A stretch of DNA of 64,000 nt, taken from contig OZ242358.1 in the NCBI GenBank assembly GCA_965208835.1, positions 1,344,001 to 1,408,000 on the forward strand, read 5' to 3'. The notes beneath the pieces are model-generated. The model was not told where the DNA came from. It searched no databases and worked only from the letters and a program-made list of their open reading frames with translations. This DNA comes from Candidatus Latescibacterota bacterium. GTDB taxonomy: Bacteria; Latescibacterota; UBA2968; GCA-2709665. This document shows, piece after piece, positions 57,155-64,000 of this stretch (position 1 is its first letter; each line of letters opens with the position of its first letter). Position numbers and translations under genes: made by a program.

Positions 57155-58051
57155 GTGAATCGCTTCGAATATTTCGCGCCTGAAACGGTTCGGGAGGCTG
57201 CGGAGGTGCTGCAGGCCCATCCCGGTGCGAGGGTGCTGGCCGGGGGGACCGACCTGCTCGTGCAGATGAAGGAACGGGCGCGGACCCCCGATACGCTGGT
57301 GGACGTCAGGAGGATTCCGGGCGTGGACGAGCTCCGTTTCGACCGGAAGACCGGGCTGACGATCGGGGCGGCCGTGACCATGCGTCAGGTGGAACTCATG
57401 CCGGCCGCGCAGTTGCACTACACCGGACTCGCCGAGGGCGCCCGCGTGGTGGGTTCCTTTCAGATCAGGAATCTCGCCACGATCGTGGGAAATATCTGCA
57501 ATGCGGCGCCTTCCGCGGATGCGGCGCCGGGGTTGATCGTGCATGGCGCGAAGGTGAAAATCGCCGGACCGAAAGGACGTCGGACGATGCTCGTGGAAAA
57601 ATTCATGGCCGGCCCCGGCCGGACCACACTTGGCACGGGCGAGTTCGTGGTTGGCATTCACGTTCCTGTTCCGCCTCCTCGAACCGGATCCGCCTATGTT
57701 CGACATACGCCCCGTGGCGCCATGGATATCGCGATGGTGGGTGTGGGCACGGCCGTGACGCTGGCGCCTCGTACTCGCGACTGCCAGGAGGCGCGCATTG
57801 TGCTGGGCGCGGTGGCGCCCACGCCGCTTCGGGCGAAGGCCGCCGAGCGAATGCTGAAGGGACAGCGCCTGACCGGGGAGCTGATCGAGAGGGCGGCAGA
57901 GACAGCGGCCGAGGAAGCCCGGCCGATCAGCGACGTTCGGGGCTCCGCGGACTTCAGGCGCGAGATGGTGCGCGTGCTGACGGGGCGGATGGTGAACTCG
58001 GCGTTCGGGAACGCGCAGGAACGGTCGGGCGACAAAAGGAGGGCGGCGTGA
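57155..58051 (+). CDS. xanthine dehydrogenase family FAD-binding subunit
   Basis: LAGGTDL, QIRNLATIVGN, PISDVRGS. Confidence 0.92.
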   Translation: MNRFEYFAPETVREAAEVLQAHPGARVLAGGTDLLVQMKERARTPDTLVDVRRIPGVDELRFDRKTGLTIGAAVTMRQVELMPAAQLHYTGLAEGARVVGSFQIRNLATIVGNICNAAPSADAAPGLIVHGAKVKIAGPKGRRTMLVEKFMAGPGRTTLGTGEFVVGIHVPVPPPRTGSAYVRHTPRGAMDIAMVGVGTAVTLAPRTRDCQEARIVLGAVAPTPLRAKAAERMLKGQRLTGELIERAAETAAEEARPISDVRGSADFRREMVRVLTGRMVNSAFGNAQERSGDKRRAA

Positions 58052-58545
58052 ACCACCAGATCGAATTGAACGTCAACAATACCATTTATGACCTTTCCCT
58101 GGAGCCGCGCAAGACCCTGCTGGCGGTCCTGAGGGATCGCCTCGGACTGACCGGCACCAAAGAGGGGTGCTCGACCGGCGACTGCGGCGCATGTACGGTG
58201 CTGCTCGACGGCGAGCCCGTCACGTCCTGCCTGGTGCTTGCCGTTGCCGCCGAGGGGCGCGAAGTGACGACGGTGGAGGGCGTCGCGGACGTTGACGCCC
58301 TGCATCCCGTCCAGGAGGCGATGGTAAATATGGGTGGGCTGCAGTGCGGTTTCTGCACGCCCGGGTTCATCGTCTCGTCCTACGGGCTTCTACAGAAGAA
58401 TGCCGCGCCTTCGGAGGAGGATATCCGGCGCGCGCTGGCCGGCAATCTTTGTCGCTGCACGGGGTACACCAAGATCGTGGAGGCCGTGCAGGAGGCCGCG
58501 AAGCGAATGGCCGGCAGGAAGGGCGGGAAACGGGCAGCTGCGTAA
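58048..58545 (+). CDS. xanthine dehydrogenase family [2Fe-2S] subunit
   Basis: GCSTGDCGACTV, QCGFCTPG, GNLCRCTGY. Confidence 0.95.
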   Translation: MNHQIELNVNNTIYDLSLEPRKTLLAVLRDRLGLTGTKEGCSTGDCGACTVLLDGEPVTSCLVLAVAAEGREVTTVEGVADVDALHPVQEAMVNMGGLQCGFCTPGFIVSSYGLLQKNAAPSEEDIRRALAGNLCRCTGYTKIVEAVQEAAKRMAGRKGGKRAAA

Positions 58546-58731
58546 ACGGACGGATCATCCACGACGATTCAGTTTCCGCCGAGCACGCCGTGTCGAATGA
58601 CGCGGCGTTGTTCGATTTTGGGCGGAGAACGGAGTGCGCGACATCTCCGAAAGATATCCAGTTCCCCGAAGGAAAAAAGCGTTCGAATCGGCTATCTCAG
58701 GCTGAATCGCAACAGGAGGGTTGGAGGGTCT

Positions 58732-59742
58732 ATGGCGAGGTTCAAGGCGGGAATCATCGGATGCGGGGGCAGGGGCCGCGGGCATGCGCAGGGGTATGCC
58801 GCATCACCCGAAGTCGAAATCGTGGCGTGCGCGGATCCGATGGAGGAGGCAAGGACGAACCTGGCGGAGCAGTTCGACGTTTCGCGGACGTACGGGGACT
58901 ACCGGGAGATGCTGGCAAGGGAAAGCCTCGATTTCGTCAGCGTGTGTACCTGGATCGGGATGCATCGGGAGATGGTCGTGGCGGCGGCCGAGAGCGGCGC
59001 ACGGGCGATTCACGCGGAGAAGCCGATGGCCCCCACGTGGGGCGATGCAAAAGCAATGTACCGGGCGTGCGTCGACCGCGACGTTACCGTAACATTCTGT
59101 CACCAGAGGCGATTCGAGGAATCTTTCAGGAAGGCAAGATCCCTCGTTCGTGAGGGAGCGATCGGCCGGCTGGTGCGGGTGGAAGGCGCGTGCCCCAATC
59201 TGCTCGACTGGGGCACGCACTGGTTCGATATGTTTTTCTTCTACAATGAAGACGCGCCCGCCGAGTGGGTACTCGGGCAGATTGACGCGTCGGAGAAGCG
59301 GGAGATCTTCGGTGTTGAGGTGGAGGCGGGCGGTATTTCGTGGGTTCGCTGGCGGAACGGGCTGGAAGGATTGCTCGCAACCGGCGACGCGGCCCTGAAG
59401 GGCGCAGCGAACCGGCTGATCGGCACGGACGGAATCATCGAGGTGATTGGCGGCCGCGACGGACCGCCGATCCGGATCATGCGCTCCGGCTCGGACTGGG
59501 AAGTCCCGGAGCTGCCGGGACCCCAGGTGAATCCAACCGTACTCTCGGTGCTGGATCTCATCGATTGCGTCAAGACGGGGCGCGAACCGGTGTTGAGCGG
59601 CCGGAAAGCGTTGCAGGCCACGGAACTGATCTTTGCGACCTATGAGTCCAGCCGTCGCCGAGGGAAGGTGGACCTGCCCCTGGATGTCGACGACTCGGCG
59701 CTGTTGACAATGCTGAAAGACGGGACGATCGGACCTGATTGA
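58732..59742 (+). CDS. Gfo/Idh/MocA family oxidoreductase
   Basis: GIIGCGGRG, AEKPM, HQRRF, DWGTHWFD; ATG 58732 after GGAGG. Confidence 0.9.
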   Translation: MARFKAGIIGCGGRGRGHAQGYAASPEVEIVACADPMEEARTNLAEQFDVSRTYGDYREMLARESLDFVSVCTWIGMHREMVVAAAESGARAIHAEKPMAPTWGDAKAMYRACVDRDVTVTFCHQRRFEESFRKARSLVREGAIGRLVRVEGACPNLLDWGTHWFDMFFFYNEDAPAEWVLGQIDASEKREIFGVEVEAGGISWVRWRNGLEGLLATGDAALKGAANRLIGTDGIIEVIGGRDGPPIRIMRSGSDWEVPELPGPQVNPTVLSVLDLIDCVKTGREPVLSGRKALQATELIFATYESSRRRGKVDLPLDVDDSALLTMLKDGTIGPD

Positions 59743-60019
59743 AGCTTCTATCCCATTGGGAGTCGGTTCGGCTATCGGGGTCTGATTCAGCCTGGTCGCC
59801 GCGATCAATCCGCCTATGTTCATCTCGCTCGCCGTCCAAAGGTTAGCATGGCGGAACGCGGCCGGTACACGGTTCGTTTCATGCCCGGTATCTGCAAGGA
59901 TTCCATGCGAATTGAACACCATCGTCTGGCGGAGACGGCTTATCTCCGCGAGACTTCCAATGCTTAACCTCAATTCGACAAAAGACAAAAGTCAAATTGG
60001 CCACAAAAAGCCTGAATGC

Positions 60020-60183
60020 GGGTAGAGGGTAGAGGGAAGACGGTAGATGAAATGCGGGGAGACGGTAGAGGTGAGACGGGAGAAGAAACCACGCCAGGTA
60101 TGTTCATCCTCCTTGCCTTCGGCACGAGAAGAACCCTTACAAGGCAGGTAATCTCTACCCTCTCCCGTCTTACGTCTCACCCG
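60020..60183 (-). repeat. dispersed repeat family B, copy 7 (inverted)
   Basis: CCTTGCCTTCGGCACGAGAAGAA..ACAAGGCAGGTAATCT; shares flanks with copy 5. Confidence 0.8.
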
Positions 60184-60351
60184 GTGGTCGGGCGGCCGGG
60201 GGGAGGGGTTCCGAACACGTCCAGAGACCCGGTGTATCCTGGTAATCCGCCTTCTAATCGCCCTTATTAAATGGCACATATTCGAATTAACGTCCACGAA
60301 GACTTACGAATCAAGGTTAACTCGTGCAGCCCGTCATCGAACGGAGGTCAT

Positions 60352-60714
60352 GTGCAAAGCGTTCAGGGATTCGGCGGTTTCTTCTTTCGGGCAAAGGACC
60401 CGGAAGGACTTGCGAAGTGGTATCACGAACACCTGGGCATCAATCCCGCTCCGACGAACATGGAGATGGCGCCCTGGGTGACCGGTTCCGGGGTCACGGT
60501 TTTCTCACCCTTCGATGCCGATACGGACTATTTTGCAGCGGACAAGACCTTCATGCTGAATTTCCGCGTGGCCGATCTGGACGCGATGATCACGCAGCTG
60601 AAGTCAGCGGATATCGAGGTCAGTCACGAAAGCGAAATGGAGGACATCGGCCGTTTCGCCCGCATCCACGACCCCGAAGGAAACGCGATCGAACTCTGGG
60701 AACCCGCGTCGTAG
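60352..60714 (+). CDS. VOC/glyoxalase family protein
   Basis: GFGGFFFRAKDP, FMLNFRVADLD, DPEGNAIELWEP; GTG after GGAGG. Confidence 0.9.
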   Translation: MQSVQGFGGFFFRAKDPEGLAKWYHEHLGINPAPTNMEMAPWVTGSGVTVFSPFDADTDYFAADKTFMLNFRVADLDAMITQLKSADIEVSHESEMEDIGRFARIHDPEGNAIELWEPAS

Positions 60715-60894
60715 GATTCGTACTTGTGCTAGCGAACGAGACGGGATAACGCGGGTCGATATCAGGCTGATAATCGACATTACACGTTCATTTATCGAGC
60801 GCAGGTAGCGCAACAACGTCGACGTGCAGCAAAAAGCCCTGGACATTGCCCGGGCTTCGCCGTTCCGATCAACTTCATTTCGCAGTAGCGTCAT

Positions 60895-61863
60895 TCAGGG
60901 ACGATCCGAAACCGGGTAAAGGGTCAGTCTTCCCCTTCTCCCCGCGCCTTCATCGGCAACGATCAGCGTGCCGTCCGCGGCGAAGGCAATGCCTTCGACC
61001 TGACGATGCCACTTTGCAGGAAACTTCCTGACGGCAATCACCTTCCCGCCAGGCGTCACTTCCGCGATAGCCGCCTGGCGGGCTGCTACGACGAAATAAT
61101 TCCCGGACACCGGATGTCGCTCGATTCCTGACGGCTGGAATTTCTTTCCTTTGATGTGTCGCGAGAAATCTTTAACCGTAATCACGGTCTGTCCATCTCT
61201 AACGAGCTGTCTATCGTCGATCGACCATCGACATAGCGCCAACTGCCCTTCCATGTCCAGACTGCGGGCCTCCTTGCAGATCAGTATGAGGTGCCGCTGC
61301 GTATGGTCGTACGCCAGTCCCTCGATTTCACAATCTCTGCCCACCCCCGTCGTATAGACATTGAAGAGAACGGACTCACCGGCATTTCCCTCCCGGCACT
61401 GGAACAGCCGCCCGTTGCTAGTGACAAGAAAAACCCCGTCGTCGGTTGCTGCAATGCCCTCGAAATCACCGGCGGCCGGGTAATTCGTGTCCGAAAGCTG
61501 AAATGCCTTTACGATTGATCCGTTCCGATAGTCAATCTCGAAGATGATCGCTCTTTCGTCGTTGTGTGCAAGAAGACGGTTGTCTCCCGTCATCGCCAGG
61601 CCGGAGATCTCATCGAGTGCCGTGGGCAGCTTCCAGTGCGTTGCGGTTTTTGGCTTAAGCACATATCTCTCGAGAGACATCCTCCTCTTTGATTCCGCCG
61701 CCTTGTCCGCCAGAGGGCTGACGCCTGAAATACCCGGGCTTGAATTGAGCGATTCTCCAATGCCTTCCGCGGATGCAAATTCGCCGAATCCCGTCAACAG
61801 CATGCAGAGGAGAATACCGGGGCCAAGATAGTTAAGCTGAAATTTGGCTTTGATGTTTTTCAT
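60895..61863 (-). CDS. SdiA-regulated-domain-like secreted beta-propeller protein
   Basis: Signal peptide; repeats EISGL, DFEGIA, EIEGLAY, QPSGIE, QVEGIAF, ADEG. Confidence 0.75.
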   Translation of the reverse strand: MKNIKAKFQLNYLGPGILLCMLLTGFGEFASAEGIGESLNSSPGISGVSPLADKAAESKRRMSLERYVLKPKTATHWKLPTALDEISGLAMTGDNRLLAHNDERAIIFEIDYRNGSIVKAFQLSDTNYPAAGDFEGIAATDDGVFLVTSNGRLFQCREGNAGESVLFNVYTTGVGRDCEIEGLAYDHTQRHLILICKEARSLDMEGQLALCRWSIDDRQLVRDGQTVITVKDFSRHIKGKKFQPSGIERHPVSGNYFVVAARQAAIAEVTPGGKVIAVRKFPAKWHRQVEGIAFAADGTLIVADEGAGRRGRLTLYPVSDRP

Positions 61864-61935
61864 ATACGATTGCGACGTTTCGCAGGGGCCGCGATTTGGC
61901 AATTCGCGCTACCTGATCGCGATCTGATTCAGTGG

Positions 61936-62895
61936 TTACAGGCTCTGGTTTGCCTCATCTTCCATTAATTCCACGTCCTTTATCTGTTTTTTCCCTCTCT
62001 TGCCCAAGTCCCTGATAAGTGCGGAAAGGTCGACGGATTGACTTGAAGTAACCTCGTACACAACGACGACGGTCCCATCTTCATTCTCGACTACCTCGGA
62101 CAAATTCCACTTGATCGCGCTGTAATCAAGGATAGGGGCTGCTACCTTTTGCGCCGCATTGACGTTCGTAGCGTGTACGGCAATTCGGGATTCACGGGTT
62201 TCTCCACCGGCCGTGTCCCCGGTCGCGGAGGAACCCGCCGGCTTTGTGGGTGAGACGATTCTCCAGCCGGAAAGGACTGGAGGACGTGCTGCATAGTTGG
62301 TCTTCCACACGCTCAGTGTAATGGTTACGAAAGCCAACGATGCGATGTAAGCGACTGTTGTGAGCTGGGTGCCGGCGGCCAGCCCGATTCCTATAACCAT
62401 AAACATGTAAACGGCATCCATCGTTTCCTTGAGCGATATCCGGAAACTGACGGCGGCCACGATGCCGGCCAGGCTGAACGCGAGCGCGAGGCTGCCCTTG
62501 ACCAGGAAGACAACCAGTGAGATGGCGACGGGCATCACGAGCAGCGTGTGCGCAAAGGATTGGCTGTATTTCTTGAGTGGCCGCGTCCAGGCATAAACCC
62601 ATGTGATCGGGAGCGTCACCGCGAAGGCAAGTACCAGAGCGACCACCACAGGAATTGTGTGCGCGGGATCGAGCAGGCGGTTGACGCCTTCCTTGATGTT
62701 TCCCAGTGGAATCGCTGAATCGGCGCCGGAACCGAGCGATTTCCCCACGAATATGCGTTCACGCTCCTGGGCGACGTAATAGAGGATTTCAGGGAAAATG
62801 TGAAAAACCGTATTCAGAATCACTATCCAGACAATATAGTAAATGACCAGCCGTACGATGATGTTGTTAGGCACAGCATACTCCTTCACTGGCAA
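61936..62895 (-). CDS. DUF4956-like membrane protein
   Basis: VKGSLALAFSLAGIVAAVSFR, YMFMVIGIGLAAG. Confidence 0.75.
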   Translation of the reverse strand: MPVKEYAVPNNIIVRLVIYYIVWIVILNTVFHIFPEILYYVAQERERIFVGKSLGSGADSAIPLGNIKEGVNRLLDPAHTIPVVVALVLAFAVTLPITWVYAWTRPLKKYSQSFAHTLLVMPVAISLVVFLVKGSLALAFSLAGIVAAVSFRISLKETMDAVYMFMVIGIGLAAGTQLTTVAYIASLAFVTITLSVWKTNYAARPPVLSGWRIVSPTKPAGSSATGDTAGGETRESRIAVHATNVNAAQKVAAPILDYSAIKWNLSEVVENEDGTVVVVYEVTSSQSVDLSALIRDLGKRGKKQIKDVELMEDEANQSL

Positions 62896-63036
62896 GTCGG
62901 ATATGCGACACAGAGATCAACACATACAATCAAAATACAGAAAGAACAGCAAGGAGACAATATACGCTGTTCTCACTGGATGTTTACCGATAAAATCGAA
63001 TGGCATCTGGGTTAAATTACGGTTCGGTGCGGGTTG

Positions 63037-64000
63037 CTAGAACATGAAACCGCTACGCAGATAGACTCCCGTCAAATCATCGCCTTTTACGAAGGCCGCG
63101 CTCAACGTGTGCCTGCGCTGGAGGAACGAGAGCCAGATTCCACCCCCGATACCGGTGTGCCATTTGTCCGCGCTTGCAGGATCTTCCTCAAAAAACACCC
63201 GCCCGGCATCGGCGATGCCGAAAAGCCCCAGCTCTCCCGCCACGAACAGTTCAATTTGCGTGAGAACCAGCCGAAGCTCGGAGTTTCCATACAGCGCGGT
63301 ATCTCCGGCGAACCGGTTTTTCTGGAATCCTCGCAGATTGCCTCCGGAAATTCCTGAGCCGACAACGCCGGTCCCGCCGAGAAAGGCGCTTTCAAAAAAC
63401 GGATAGGATCCCCAGACCTTCCTGGCGCCGCCTCTCAGTGCGAGTGTAGGATGGGTCGCAACAGGTGCAGTCAGGTAAGTGCTGGCCTCTCCTCTAATAC
63501 TGCCAAATGAGGAGTCGACGCTCCAGAATTCGGGGTAGATCGCGCCACCAACCCTGATCCTGACCCCGCGAATGGGATACCCCGGGTTGTCTCGCGTGTC
63601 GAACGTGACTTCGCCCTGCGCGCCGATCTGGCCGAAGGCGCCCATACCGTACAGCTCGTCATCGAGCGAGCCAATCAGCGTTCCCTTATTGGAACCGGAT
63701 GGTGTGTTGGAATACTTGATGACCGGTCCGAACTGGATGTTCAGCCTCGACCGGAGCGAAGCCAGTGTGAAACCGGACATTTCTCCCCTGTAGTCCGCGC
63801 CTCGATACTCAAGCGCCGGTGCGAAATCGAGCGAATATCGCGTCGCCTTATAAAATGAAGAGGGTCGTCGAATTTCAGTCTTGTTGCCGAGGCCGTGGAA
63901 CCGCAGCGACCGGATTCCTGAGAAATCGAACTGGACGTTGGCATCAAAGTCGCGCAAGGGTTTGCGAAAGTGGCCGGTATAGGAAAAGAAGGGTCTGAGA
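63037..64000 (-). CDS. BamA/TamA family outer-membrane beta-barrel protein, 5'-truncated by window edge
   Basis: FDTRDN, LRGFQKNRFAG, DAGRVF, WHTGIGGGIW, terminal GFMF; frame open to window end. Confidence 0.82.
   Translation of the reverse strand, partial: LRPFFSYTGHFRKPLRDFDANVQFDFSGIRSLRFHGLGNKTEIRRPSSFYKATRYSLDFAPALEYRGADYRGEMSGFTLASLRSRLNIQFGPVIKYSNTPSGSNKGTLIGSLDDELYGMGAFGQIGAQGEVTFDTRDNPGYPIRGVRIRVGGAIYPEFWSVDSSFGSIRGEASTYLTAPVATHPTLALRGGARKVWGSYPFFESAFLGGTGVVGSGISGGNLRGFQKNRFAGDTALYGNSELRLVLTQIELFVAGELGLFGIADAGRVFFEEDPASADKWHTGIGGGIWLSFLQRRHTLSAAFVKGDDLTGVYLRSGFMF

Noticed and set aside
54958-58545. Aerobic CO dehydrogenase (coxLMS)
   Set aside because: Active-site loop is AYRAPG; no cox accessory genes.
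58570-58680. Cluster of hairpins after the 2Fe-2S gene as an ncRNA
   Set aside because: Single copy, no family motif; compatible with an ordinary terminator or stability stem in GC-rich DNA.
30151-60183. Family B repeats as CRISPR repeats or integron attC sites
   Set aside because: Dispersed, both orientations, variable arms; no GTTRRRY/RYYYAAC ends noticed and no integrase.

Overview
GC-rich bacterial chromosomal window. The gene content is suggestive of an FCB-group or Latescibacterota-like organism, but this cannot be proven from the sequence alone. The left half (1-33.3 kb) is almost entirely minus-strand. It runs ndk-yceD-rpmF-fabH-fabD-fabG-acpP-fabF-rnc (no plsX), then a lipoate-ligase-family gene, then a cluster of uncharacterised genes (GlmL-like ATPase, barrel-sandwich/KOW protein, DUF6754-type and three membrane proteins) interleaved with a complete Opp-type peptide ABC transporter. 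It continues with an outer-membrane metallopeptidase/PD40/BamA-like fusion, and then UbiA, DUF362, kinase and AIR-synthase-like genes. The right half is metabolic and accessory. The standout is a four-gene plus-strand operon at 38.3-44.8 kb: fatty acyl-CoA reductase, an atypical acyltransferase, alkyl-DHAP synthase and a DHRS7B/PexRAP-like SDR. It mirrors, step for step, the eukaryotic peroxisomal ether-lipid pathway. Also present are bioA/bioD, pgi, glcB, a xanthine-dehydrogenase-family triad and several oxidoreductases. Intergenic DNA is full of non-autonomous repeats: a 3-copy TIR MITE, a second single MITE, a 7-copy heptamer-armed cruciform element, REP-like palindromes and a CGA-anchored short tandem repeat. 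No rRNA, tRNA, CRISPR array or transposase was seen. All family calls are from motif recognition, not database searches.
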